Program-made: the position numbers and the translations under genes
DNA from: an uncultured candidate division Zixibacteria bacterium
GTDB lineage: Bacteria > Zixibacteria > MSB-5A5 > GN15 > FEB-12
Direction of reading: 5' to 3'
DNA: 64,000 nucleotides
Assembly: GCA_963806185.1 (NCBI GenBank)
Contig: CAWDXE010000003.1
Coordinates: 96,001 to 160,000 of the forward strand
The notes under the pieces: model-generated
What the model was told of the DNA's origin: nothing
Seen by the model: the letters and a program-made list of their open reading frames with translations, nothing else
Database searches by the model: none
Shown here: positions 18,372-27,449 of the stretch, in pieces
Layout of the letters: the number at the start of each line of letters is the position of its first letter
Position numbering within the stretch: the stretch's first letter is position 1

Positions 18372-19928
18372 TTACCTGGGAGTCAGGACGGCTACGGGCA
18401 CGACCATTTCTTCGAGCGAAATGCCGCCGTGTTGGAAGGAATTCTGAAAGAGGCGGACCATCTCATTGTAATTGTTCGGATAGACGAAATAGAAGTCTTC
18501 CTTGGCCAGAATATAGGTAGTGCTGATGGTGAAGCTGGGCAAGCGGTACTGCTCGGGTTTCTTGATGAGCACCGACTCTTTGGCGTTGGAGTTGAGATTG
18601 TCACCGTACTTATAGCGCAGATTGGTCGACGTGTCGCGCCGGCCGTGGGCCATCGTACCCCGCTTGCAGAGCACGGAGCCGTGATCAGACGTGACCACGA
18701 CGGTAAAGCCTTTGGTCGCGAATGATTTCAGAATCGCATAGAGCGGCGAATGAATAAACCAACTGCGCATCAGGGAACGGAAGGCGGCTTCAGTGCCGGC
18801 GATTTCCTTGAGGATGACATTGTTGGACCGACCGTGCGCCAGGATGTCGAGGAAATTGAATACGAGGGTGACCAGATTGTACTGATAAAGATCGGCAACT
18901 TTCTTGGCGAGCTCGTCCCCCTCGGTATTGTTGTAAATCTTGATGTACTTCTGCCGATCGAGGCGCACGCCGTTACGGGCCAGATTGTCATTCAGCAGGC
19001 GGTCTTCATACTTGTTTAGCGAGCCTTCGTCGGGTGAACTGTAATTGTCCGGGTATATCTTGTGAATCTCATCGGGGAATAGCCCGGCGAAGAGAGCGTT
19101 GCGCGCGAAGGGGGTCGCGGTAGGCAACATCGAGTAGTAGTAGTGTCGATCGACGTTGTACAGTTCGGCGATCAGGGGCTCGACCAGCATCCACTGATCC
19201 AGACGCATGCAGTCGACGACAATGTAGAGAACTTTCTTCTGCGCCTTGAGCGGTGGTACGACGAATGTTTTCGTAACGTCAGGGGAAAGCAAGGGACGGT
19301 TGGCGGAGGTCAGCCAGGAACGGTACTGGGAGTCGATGTACTTGGTAAACTCGGTATTCCACTCCTTCATCGTCCCTTCGTGGGTATGCTGCAGGCCGGT
19401 GTCGTTGCTATGATCGAGTTCCAGGTTCCACTCAGCGACGAGTCGGGCGGCCTCGTGCCAGTCCTCCGGCTCCATTGCACCGTAGAGGCGCTGATTGAAA
19501 CGATTAATTTCAGTGATATAGCGACGCATTGACGACGATTCGATGATCTTTCGCGAATCAAGCAGACGTTTGATGACGAGGAGGATTTGGGAAGGGATCA
19601 CCGGTTTCACGAGGTAATCGTCGATTTTCTGGCCGATCGCCTCCTCCATCAGGGTCTCTTCCTCCGACTTGGTGACCATGACTACCGGGAGATGCGGCCG
19701 GATGTTCTTGATTTCTTCGAGCGTGGTAAGACCGTCTTTGCCGGGCATCTTCTCGTCGAGTAGAGCCAGGTCGAAGATCTGCTTGCGGACGGCTTCGATG
19801 GCATCGTCGCCGGACATCACACCGGTGACTTCGAACCCCTTACCTTCGAGAAAGAGGATATGCGGTTTGAGGGAATCGATCTCGTCGTCGACCCAGAGAA
19901 TTCGTTTCTTATCAGCAGCAGTAGCCAT
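18372..19928 (-). CDS. porX: PorX-type response regulator with PglZ/alkaline-phosphatase domain
   Basis: ILWVDDEI..LKPHILFLE, TKSEEE, DCMRLDQW, LPTATPFARNALF, TSDHG, TSTNLRYK, FQHGGISLEE; upstream of tsaE. Confidence 0.9.
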   Translation of the reverse strand: MATAADKKRILWVDDEIDSLKPHILFLEGKGFEVTGVMSGDDAIEAVRKQIFDLALLDEKMPGKDGLTTLEEIKNIRPHLPVVMVTKSEEETLMEEAIGQKIDDYLVKPVIPSQILLVIKRLLDSRKIIESSSMRRYITEINRFNQRLYGAMEPEDWHEAARLVAEWNLELDHSNDTGLQHTHEGTMKEWNTEFTKYIDSQYRSWLTSANRPLLSPDVTKTFVVPPLKAQKKVLYIVVDCMRLDQWMLVEPLIAELYNVDRHYYYSMLPTATPFARNALFAGLFPDEIHKIYPDNYSSPDEGSLNKYEDRLLNDNLARNGVRLDRQKYIKIYNNTEGDELAKKVADLYQYNLVTLVFNFLDILAHGRSNNVILKEIAGTEAAFRSLMRSWFIHSPLYAILKSFATKGFTVVVTSDHGSVLCKRGTMAHGRRDTSTNLRYKYGDNLNSNAKESVLIKKPEQYRLPSFTISTTYILAKEDFYFVYPNNYNEMVRLFQNSFQHGGISLEEMVVPVAVLTPR

Positions 19929-19937
19929 GCAGGTAGA

Positions 19938-21200
19938 TTACTTTCCTCCGCCGATGGGCAGCAGAATGTGAAAGACCGTTTCGCCCGGGCCGGAGCGGAC
20001 AAGTCGTATGCGCCCGTTGTGATATTCTTCGACGATGCGACGGACCAGAGTGAGGCCAAGTCCCCAGCCACGCTTCTTGGTGGTGAAGCCGGGGCGGAAT
20101 ATCTTGCGGGCCGCGGCGACCGTGATTCCGACGCCGTTGTCGGCTATCTCGATCAGTACATTGCGTCGATCCGGAGCGACGCTGGTGGTCAAGGTGACTT
20201 GCCCCGTTTTCGAATCGACAGCCTGCAGGGCATTTTTGACCAGATTTTCCAGTGACCAGCCGAGCAGTTCGGTGTTCAGTCGAACCGGCGGGATATCACC
20301 GGCCGTGCAGGTCAGTTGAATGCCTTTGCCTTCAAACGGGAGCCGTCGTCGGTAATATTCAACAACTTCCTGGACCACACGGTTCACGTCGCTTTCCTTA
20401 AGTTCGGGGACGGATCCGATAAGTCCGAAGCGATTGGCCACGCGCTGGAGGCGATCGACGTCGATCGACATATTCTCGGCAGTCGTAACCAGTAATTTTT
20501 CTTCGTCAGCGGCTTCGAGGTCGGCGCGATGAGCGGGACCGATGACCTCGAGCCACCCCATGAGCGAAGATATGGGTGTACCGAGCTGGTGGGCTGTCTC
20601 TTTGGCCATACCGACCCAGATGAGTCGCTCTTCACTTCGACGGATATTCTGGAAGCCGATCAGGCCGATAGTCATGAAGGCAAGGACAACGCCGATTTCG
20701 ACAAACGGCATCCACTGCAATTGACGCACGACCGGGGGATTGCCGTAGTAGAGGTAGTTGGCAAAGGTCTCAGCGTAATAGATGGGGTACTCGCCGTTGT
20801 CGTGTTTCATCTCCTTTACCAATGCCTGCAATTTCAAGAGCGTGCCGGGCAACGTGTCAGTCGGAGATTCAGGTATACCCTCAATGTTCCGCCAATGCGC
20901 CGGGTCGCCGTGATCGTCGGTGACAATAATCGGGAAGGTCGCCTTGACGATGATCTCGTCGAAGATGAATTGCAGTTCAATACCGGATGTCGGCGCGTTG
21001 GCGGCGTACTGCCAGAGGCGCACATAGGTTTCGACTTGGCTGCGCGTGACGGATTTCAGGCGCTCGATTACGTCGAAAGTATACCAGACGAAGAGCGCAG
21101 AGACGATGACCATTCCTCCCAGTAGGAAGAACTTGAAGATCGTCGACTTGCCAACGTACAGGTCGGACGTGCTGTTGATGATTCGCCAATTGCGGGGCAT
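19938..21200 (-). CDS. Membrane sensor histidine kinase
   Basis: Two TM segments, WVGMAKETAHQLGTP, ENLVKNA, DNGVGI, PGFTTKKRGWGLGL. Confidence 0.92.
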   Translation of the reverse strand: MPRNWRIINSTSDLYVGKSTIFKFFLLGGMVIVSALFVWYTFDVIERLKSVTRSQVETYVRLWQYAANAPTSGIELQFIFDEIIVKATFPIIVTDDHGDPAHWRNIEGIPESPTDTLPGTLLKLQALVKEMKHDNGEYPIYYAETFANYLYYGNPPVVRQLQWMPFVEIGVVLAFMTIGLIGFQNIRRSEERLIWVGMAKETAHQLGTPISSLMGWLEVIGPAHRADLEAADEEKLLVTTAENMSIDVDRLQRVANRFGLIGSVPELKESDVNRVVQEVVEYYRRRLPFEGKGIQLTCTAGDIPPVRLNTELLGWSLENLVKNALQAVDSKTGQVTLTTSVAPDRRNVLIEIADNGVGITVAAARKIFRPGFTTKKRGWGLGLTLVRRIVEEYHNGRIRLVRSGPGETVFHILLPIGGGK

Positions 21201-22459
21201 CAGCCGATGCTGCTCACTCCTTTCATATACGGGCGCAGAACCTCGGGGATAGTCACAGTGCCATCAGGGTTCTGGTAATTTTCGAGGATGGCCGGAATGA
21301 GTCGGGCAAGCGCCACACCGGAGCCGTTAAGCGTATGCACGAAGCGCAGCTTCTTGTCGGCGTCGCGGAAACGAGTGTTCATGCGACGGGCCTGGAAATC
21401 CTCAAAGTTGGAGCAGGAGGAAATTTCAAGATACTTCTCTACGCCGGCGGCCCAGAGTTCGAGATCGTAGGTCTTGGCTGAGGCAAAAGAGAGGTCACCG
21501 GACGCGAGGCGGACGACGCGATACGGAAGTTTCAATCCCTGGAGCACTTTCTCCGCCTGCGCCGTGAGGGATTCGAGTTCGTCGTATGAACCGTCGGGAT
21601 GCACGATCTTTACCATCTCGACTTTGTCGAACTGGTGGACGCGAATCATGCCTCGGGTGTCTTTACCTGCGGCGCCGGCTTCGCGACGGAAGCACGGGGT
21701 AAAACCGACCATGTAGATCGGGAGGCGGTCGACCGGGATCGTGTCACCACGGTACAGATTAGTGATCGGGACCTCGGCGGTCGGGATCAGCCACATGTCG
21801 TCCTCGGTCTTGTACATGTCGTCGGCCAGTTTCGGAAGCTGGCCGGTGCCATACATGGTATCGGAGGTGACAATATGCGGAACCATTACTTCGGTGAAGC
21901 CGGCCTCGGTATGCAGATCGAGCATATAGGTGATGAGGGCTCGCTGGAGTTTTGCACCCATGCCTTTGAGCACGTAGAAGCCTGAGCCGGAGATTTTAGC
22001 GGCCGCTTCGAGATCGAGGATACCGAGTTTGGCACCGATTTCCCAGTGCGGAAGGACCTTAAAATTCGGTTTTGGAATCTCACCCCACTGGCGAATCGTC
22101 TCGTTTTTTGTTTCGTCGCCGACCTGGACGGATTCGTGCGGGATATTCGGAATCCAGCTCAAGGCTTTGTTTAGTTCTCCTTCGGTTTCGCTGAGCTGTT
22201 TGTCGAGGGTGTCGATATCGTCACCCAGTTTGCGCATGGCGGCGACAGCTTCCGTGGCCGGGTCGCCGGCTTTCTTACGTTGGGCGATCTCGCCGGAGAC
22301 TTTGTTTCGTTCGGCTTTTAGCTGTTCGACCCTGGCGATAATCTCACGGCGCCGGCCGTCGAGCTGCAGCACGAGGTCGATATTGATCTTGTCACTTTTC
22401 TTGGCCAGACCGGCGCGAACCTGGTCGGGGGCTTCCCGAATAACCTTTAAATCAAGCAT
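21200..22459 (-). CDS. serS: Serine--tRNA ligase
   Basis: MLDLK, PTAEVP, FRREAG, RVHQFDKVE, EISSCSN, HTLNGSG. Confidence 0.98.
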   Translation of the reverse strand: MLDLKVIREAPDQVRAGLAKKSDKINIDLVLQLDGRRREIIARVEQLKAERNKVSGEIAQRKKAGDPATEAVAAMRKLGDDIDTLDKQLSETEGELNKALSWIPNIPHESVQVGDETKNETIRQWGEIPKPNFKVLPHWEIGAKLGILDLEAAAKISGSGFYVLKGMGAKLQRALITYMLDLHTEAGFTEVMVPHIVTSDTMYGTGQLPKLADDMYKTEDDMWLIPTAEVPITNLYRGDTIPVDRLPIYMVGFTPCFRREAGAAGKDTRGMIRVHQFDKVEMVKIVHPDGSYDELESLTAQAEKVLQGLKLPYRVVRLASGDLSFASAKTYDLELWAAGVEKYLEISSCSNFEDFQARRMNTRFRDADKKLRFVHTLNGSGVALARLIPAILENYQNPDGTVTIPEVLRPYMKGVSSIG

Positions 22460-22498
22460 GAACTTCCTTAACCCGCCTATCTTGTCTACTGATAAGCT

Positions 22499-22527
22499 AT
22501 TATACGCAGAGGCGGCGTGGCAGTCAA
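22499..22527 (-). promoter_or_regulatory. Sigma-70 promoter of the serS operon
   Basis: Minus strand TTGACT-N17-TATAAT. Confidence 0.8.
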
Positions 22528-22641
22528 ACTGTCAAACGGGCCAAATTCAGGGCATTTTGACGTTTGCGGCCCTTGGAAACTTCTTGCCTTTGGGGCCGGT
22601 TTATGTATCTTATTGGGCTTTAGGTAAGGAGAATAGCTGTC

Positions 22642-22869
22642 ATGGCCAAGGTATGTGAATTTTGCGGAAAGAAGCCGGTGTTCGGCAACAAAGTCTCGCA
22701 CGCGAATAATACGTCGAGCCGTCGCTGGAACCCGAATCTTCGAGAGGTCCGCGCTCTGGTCAACGGCGTGCCGAAACGGGTGACGGTGTGTACCGGCTGC
22801 CTGAAGGCGGGCAAGGTGACCAAGAATGTGCGCGGCCGCAAGCCGTCGCAGCCGCAGGCGACCGCATAG
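22642..22869 (+). CDS. rpmB: 50S ribosomal protein L28 (Zn-binding form)
   Basis: [42 protein letters not shown]. Confidence 0.97.
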   Translation: MAKVCEFCGKKPVFGNKVSHANNTSSRRWNPNLREVRALVNGVPKRVTVCTGCLKAGKVTKNVRGRKPSQPQATA

Positions 22870-22895
22870 TAGTCGCCGGGCAATTCGTTAGAAAA

Positions 22896-22936
22896 GCAAG
22901 AAGCCGTTCCCACCGGGGGCGGTTTTTTTGTTGGGG
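22896..22936 (+). terminator. rpmB terminator; copy 1 of a ~40-bp direct repeat
   Basis: GCAAGAAGCCGTTCCCACCGGGGGCGGTTTTTTTGTTGGGG. Confidence 0.8.
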
Positions 22937-23083
22937 ACGTTGCCACAGCCATCGACCGCCGATACCGACGCCAGTTGACATTTGTGTTGTTTACTCCCAT
23001 CCTTCCTTCTGCGCCGTGCCGGCGACGATCTCACGTCCCGGGGCATACGGCGGACCTGCATCTAGTCAATACGAGGCATCAGT

Positions 23084-25441
23084 ATGGAATATCTGGCCAT
23101 GCTTCTCTTGCTGGGCATTCCTCTCGTTGCGATCCTGATCGTTCTTGAACGTATCAGACAGCTCACCGCCCGGGTTTATCAACTGGAGCGGGACCTCAAA
23201 GAGGCGCTTCGAGAAGTCGCCACGAGGAGCCACCCGGTCACGCCGGCTGTGCAGCCGGTTTCCTCGTCTCCCGTCATACAGAAAGAGACTACCGCGCCAT
23301 CTGTCCCGGCGCTCCAGAGAGTACCGGCTCCTTCGCCGGCGCCTCCAGCTCCGACACCAATCCCGGCACCTGAATTACCCCCCTCGCGCACCCGCCAGGA
23401 GTGGGAGGCGATTATTGGCGGGAAGCTGCTGAACCGGATCGGTGCGCTGGCGCTGATTCTCGGGGTCGGGTTCTTTCTCAAGTACGCCTTCGACAACAAC
23501 TGGATATCTGAACCGGTCCGCGTTCTGATCGGTGTGGCGGTAGGTGCCCTGCTCATTTTCTTCGGTGCGCGCACCCACAACAAGGGATTGGTCGTCTTCG
23601 CCCAGGGGATACAGGGAGCTGGGATCGCGATACTCTACCTGTCCGTGTATGCCTCGTTCGGGTATTATCACCTGGTTCCTCACGCGGTGGCATTTGTTTG
23701 CATGGCACTGGTGACGACAATGGCGTTTCTCGTTGGGCTCAGATTCGATTCACAACCGACGGCTCTCCTTGGCTGGTTGGGCGGGTATCTGACTCCCCTC
23801 GTCCTGGCCACCGACGAGGCTAATCTTATCGGTCTCTCCATCTATCTGGCGATGCTGGCCGGCGGAATTGTCACACTCCAATTGAAGCGGCCGAATTGGA
23901 CTCTCCTTGTGCCGCTTAGCGTCTTGGCCAGCGCGTGCGTCTTTCTCGCCGGATGGACTGAGTACGGGGCCACCGATGTCGAACAGATCGTGGGGTTCGG
24001 TTTCCTGGTCGTCTTCTGGGCTATTCACCAGATTCCGGTGCTGGCGCATTACCGTTTGGGACGATCCGAGGAGACCCTCCGACGGGTTGGCGAGATTATG
24101 AATACGGTCCTGTTCTTTGCGGCCATAGTCGTGCTCAGATTTGATTTCGAATCTCCCCTGACGTCAGGAATAGCAGCAGGGATCATCGCTCTGCTGCTCG
24201 GCGGGTCATTCGCGTACCTGCATGGGCGGAAGCTCGACTCGTCGATTGTCCGGCGTATCTACGCGGTGCTGACTATTGCGGCCGCAGCCCTGGGCCTGAA
24301 ACTCGCCATCGCTCCCATTCCCTGGGAGATCATCTCGCTGTCCTTCATTGCCGCAATGTTCACACTTGTCGGCACGCGGATGAAAATCGAGGAGCTATGG
24401 CAGGTCGCCTGCCTGCTTTTCATCCCGGTGGCCATATTACTCCTGACGTACCCGCAAGCGTTCGCGTTTGCCCCCCTGTGGGATTACCGCGTTCTGCTGA
24501 CACTGCGTTCCCTCATCTTCCTGGTGCCCGCGGCATCGATGATCGCCATCTCGGTGATGCTCCACTCGGATCAAAGCAAGGACTCGACGGGAACGCAGGC
24601 AGCCCTGCACGCGGGGTGGGTCTTTCTGCTCTTCTTATTCCTGATTGCCGAGACCAACGATTACTTCCGGTACCGGTTGGCGCAGCAGGGCAATATCATC
24701 CTGTCGGCCGGCAATCAATTTGTGCATCGCCTGGCGCTGGCAGTGCTGTGGACATTCCTTTCGGCGACGGTGGTGGTACTGGGTGTGCGGCGGCAAGTGG
24801 CCGCCATGGTATGGGCCGGAATGGGCGTCGCGATTACCGGCGTGATACTGGGTGTCGCGTCAATGATCAAGTTTGATCCGATCAGCCAGTTTTCGCTGTT
24901 TCTCAACGTTCGATCCGCCACTGTCGTGCTGCTGCTTATCGGCGTGTACGTGATAACGAGGGCACTGCGGCATTTTGATCATCGCATAGCGCCGGATGCG
25001 GTCACTGCGGGACGAATATGTCTTGCGCTCATTCCGCTTATCTTGCTGTCGGCGGAGGCATGGGACGCGTTTGAAATCCACGTGCGGAGCGGGGCGGCCG
25101 GGCTGGGGAACAGCGACGTCGTTACGCAGCTCAGGAACCAGCGTCAGTTGGCGCTCTCGGGAATCTGGCTCGTGTATTCGCTCGTTCTAATCGCGATCGG
25201 CATTTTCAAGCGGCTTCCTCCAGTACGGTTCATGGCAATTGGGCTATTTGCAGTGGCGATACTCAAGATCTTCATATATGATCTATCGTACCTCGAGACG
25301 TTGTACCGCATCTTCTCGTTTGTCGGGTTGGGATTGATACTGCTGGCTGTGTCGTACGCATATCAGCGATACCGGGACATCATTTTCGGCACGAAGCCGG
25401 CGAAAGCGGCGGATGGGACCCTGGCATCTCGGGGGCAGTGA
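23084..25441 (+). CDS. DUF2339 polytopic membrane protein
   Basis: Pro-rich linker, WEAIIGGKLLNRIG..GVGFFLKYAFDNNWI, many TM helices, KIFIYDLSYLETLYRIFSF. Confidence 0.88.
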   Translation: MEYLAMLLLLGIPLVAILIVLERIRQLTARVYQLERDLKEALREVATRSHPVTPAVQPVSSSPVIQKETTAPSVPALQRVPAPSPAPPAPTPIPAPELPPSRTRQEWEAIIGGKLLNRIGALALILGVGFFLKYAFDNNWISEPVRVLIGVAVGALLIFFGARTHNKGLVVFAQGIQGAGIAILYLSVYASFGYYHLVPHAVAFVCMALVTTMAFLVGLRFDSQPTALLGWLGGYLTPLVLATDEANLIGLSIYLAMLAGGIVTLQLKRPNWTLLVPLSVLASACVFLAGWTEYGATDVEQIVGFGFLVVFWAIHQIPVLAHYRLGRSEETLRRVGEIMNTVLFFAAIVVLRFDFESPLTSGIAAGIIALLLGGSFAYLHGRKLDSSIVRRIYAVLTIAAAALGLKLAIAPIPWEIISLSFIAAMFTLVGTRMKIEELWQVACLLFIPVAILLLTYPQAFAFAPLWDYRVLLTLRSLIFLVPAASMIAISVMLHSDQSKDSTGTQAALHAGWVFLLFLFLIAETNDYFRYRLAQQGNIILSAGNQFVHRLALAVLWTFLSATVVVLGVRRQVAAMVWAGMGVAITGVILGVASMIKFDPISQFSLFLNVRSATVVLLLIGVYVITRALRHFDHRIAPDAVTAGRICLALIPLILLSAEAWDAFEIHVRSGAAGLGNSDVVTQLRNQRQLALSGIWLVYSLVLIAIGIFKRLPPVRFMAIGLFAVAILKIFIYDLSYLETLYRIFSFVGLGLILLAVSYAYQRYRDIIFGTKPAKAADGTLASRGQ

Positions 25442-25509
25442 TCAGGGATGAATATGCGGTCAGGCATTACCGACCATATGTTCTTCCCGTCTTCTTCCCA
25501 TGCGAAGAT

Positions 25510-25549
25510 GCAAGAAGCCGCTCCGCGGGGGGCGGTTTTTTTGTTGGGG
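25510..25549 (+). terminator. Terminator after DUF2339; copy 2 of the ~40-bp direct repeat
   Basis: GCAAGAAGCCGCTCCGCGGGGGGCGGTTTTTTTGTTGGGG. Confidence 0.75.
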
Positions 25550-25641
25550 GGGATTCTGATCGAGGATCCAAACGGAATACGGCGGAATCACTTCTGAACA
25601 GCCAGCTGCTTTTTCGCTATTACTACGGCCAGATTTGGTCA

Positions 25642-26094
25642 TTAATCATGTACGTAAAGATGTCCTTGCCAGATCCCGAGTCCAGTCTCTCTGGCGGTTC
25701 GCTCGATCTCCATATACCGGTCCGTATTCTCGTATGGGTACTTGAAGTAGGTAAGGGCGTAACCGCGAAAGACCATCATTGCGCCAACATCGTGATTGTC
25801 GGCCGTTTCTACACTTGCAAGGGTACACCCACTCTCATTTGTTCGAATAAGATCGAAAGTGAGCTTTAGTGGTTGATTGTGCAGAATCGAATCGAGGAAC
25901 CTCGTAGCGTTTAAATCATCCTCGCAGGCATCGATCCCCAGGATACGGACCTTCAGGCCCTCCGTAGTTTCGAAAGTGTCGCCGTCAATAGTCCGAGCGA
26001 GTTCCACGAGCCAGTAATCGCCATAGACTTGGGGAGTGGAGGCCGCTGACGAGATCACGATAAGGATTGCAACCAAGACAAAAAGACGGGACAT
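25642..26094 (-). CDS. Secreted thermonuclease (SNase) family protein
   Basis: Signal peptide, IDGDTF, VRILGIDACE, GYA, AR..GLGIW; GGGAG SD before ATG 26094. Confidence 0.8.
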   Translation of the reverse strand: MSRLFVLVAILIVISSAASTPQVYGDYWLVELARTIDGDTFETTEGLKVRILGIDACEDDLNATRFLDSILHNQPLKLTFDLIRTNESGCTLASVETADNHDVGAMMVFRGYALTYFKYPYENTDRYMEIERTARETGLGIWQGHLYVHD

Positions 26095-26264
26095 ACAAGT
26101 TCTCCCGATTTGGTAAATAAACAAGCCTCTTTCCAAAAGATACTTGGTCGGTGAGAATTGGCCAAGCATTTTCGTTGTAGAAGGGACTTAGTCTCCTAGC
26201 GCTCTGTAACTCAAGTCTCCATCGCGGTACAGGCAATTGAGGATTCGGATAGTGGGTCTCGGAT

Positions 26265-26496
26265 TGGACCCCCGCTCAAGGGAGGGGGTGACATTAGGAT
26301 AGCGGTGGGGCGATAACGGGCGGTGTGGCGCTACGATAAAGATCATGCCCCGTGGATTCCGGACCGGAGGTCCGGAATGACAAGAGAAGGCATGTGGCGC
26401 ACGAGGACGTACGCCACGTACGGGACTGGAGATTTGTGGACACTGAGGTTCTGGGCCACGGGCCCAGAATGACACTAGAGGGGGTCGGGAATGACA
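26265..26496. repeat. Cluster of short palindromic (REP-like) elements
   Basis: Stem-loops ending in TGACA at 26265-26293, 26353-26382 and 26445-26474, a half copy at 26481-26496, and GTAG/GTAC-flanked units at 26308-26334 and 26394-26421. Confidence 0.7.
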
Positions 26497-26526
26497 ACTA
26501 GGGTGACGGAAGACATAGTTCAAATG

Positions 26527-26561
26527 AAAACGGGAGTGGCTCGCGTGAGGCACTCCCGTTT
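26527..26561 (-). terminator. Terminator of the MORN-repeat gene
   Basis: AAACGGGAGTG/CACTCCCGTTT stem, with TTTTCATTT on the minus strand. Confidence 0.7.
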
Positions 26562-26584
26562 CCGTACGTACATGAAGGCAATTG

Positions 26585-27337
26585 CTACTTGTCGGTCAAG
26601 GTCCCAGCGGTCCCCCGACTAAAGTCTTCTTCAGCCACCAGCAGGCCGTATTCATCCCAACTCGACCAGACGCCGGTCTTCTCCCCCGTCTTGTACACCC
26701 CATCCGAGGCACGCAGACCGTTACGATGCCACTTGGTGAACGGGCCGTCGAGTTTGCCGGCAGTGTATTTCGTGTCGCGCGATTTCTGACCGTTGTCGTA
26801 CCAGACAATCCAATGTCCATCCTGCTTCCCGTTCTTGTACTGACCTTCCTGCTCGGGTCGGGCGTTTTTGTGCCACGACAACCAGGGGCCGTGTTCGCGA
26901 CCGTTGCGAAAAGTCACCTCCTGCTGTTTGCAGCCGGAGGCAAAGAAGCTTGTCCAGACGCCGTCTTTGAGGTCGCCAACATACGTACCACGGGTCTTTA
27001 CCCGACCATTCTCGTAGTAGCAGACGTACGCACCGTCCAGTTTTCCTTTGACGTAATGGGAGACCTCGAAGGGTCGGCCGTCTTCATACCAGGTACGCCA
27101 GACAGAGTCTCTGAGACCCTGAGTGTACCAACCCTCGGCCTGCTTCTGGCCGCTTTTGAAATAGGCGTTGTAGGCGCCGTTGGGAACGAATTTGCCGTCG
27201 ACGGTACGGATTTCAGTCCATTCCGACCGCTGTTTAGTTTCCAGGTCGACTGTCTTCTTGGTTTGTATGGAACTCGAACAGGCGACCAGAATGCACGCAA
27301 GTGTCGCCGTGACGGGAATATAGCATCGAAAATTCAC
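26585..27337 (-). CDS. MORN-variant repeat lipoprotein (YwqK-like)
   Basis: GTG start, lipobox LVAC, about eight 24-aa repeats G.W..(W/Y)Y.NG.....G.Y..G..D. Confidence 0.85.
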   Translation of the reverse strand: MNFRCYIPVTATLACILVACSSSIQTKKTVDLETKQRSEWTEIRTVDGKFVPNGAYNAYFKSGQKQAEGWYTQGLRDSVWRTWYEDGRPFEVSHYVKGKLDGAYVCYYENGRVKTRGTYVGDLKDGVWTSFFASGCKQQEVTFRNGREHGPWLSWHKNARPEQEGQYKNGKQDGHWIVWYDNGQKSRDTKYTAGKLDGPFTKWHRNGLRASDGVYKTGEKTGVWSSWDEYGLLVAEEDFSRGTAGTLTDK

Positions 27338-27408
27338 TTTGCCCTTACCTCTGCAGAAGCCCGGAATCGAAGTATCTATACTTCTATATCGACAGCAACA
27401 TTTAGGAA

Positions 27409-27444
27409 CTGAGGCCCTTCTTGTGGGATGCCGAAGGGCCTCAG
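27409..27444. terminator. 12-bp hairpin downstream of the dockerin-like gene
   Basis: CTGAGGCCCTTC/GAAGGGCCTCAG perfect stem with a weak U-tract. Confidence 0.45.
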
Positions 27445-27449
27445 CTTGG

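Noticed and set aside
26265..26561. CRISPR array
   Set aside because: Units differ in sequence and spacing, there are no identical direct repeats, and no cas genes are present
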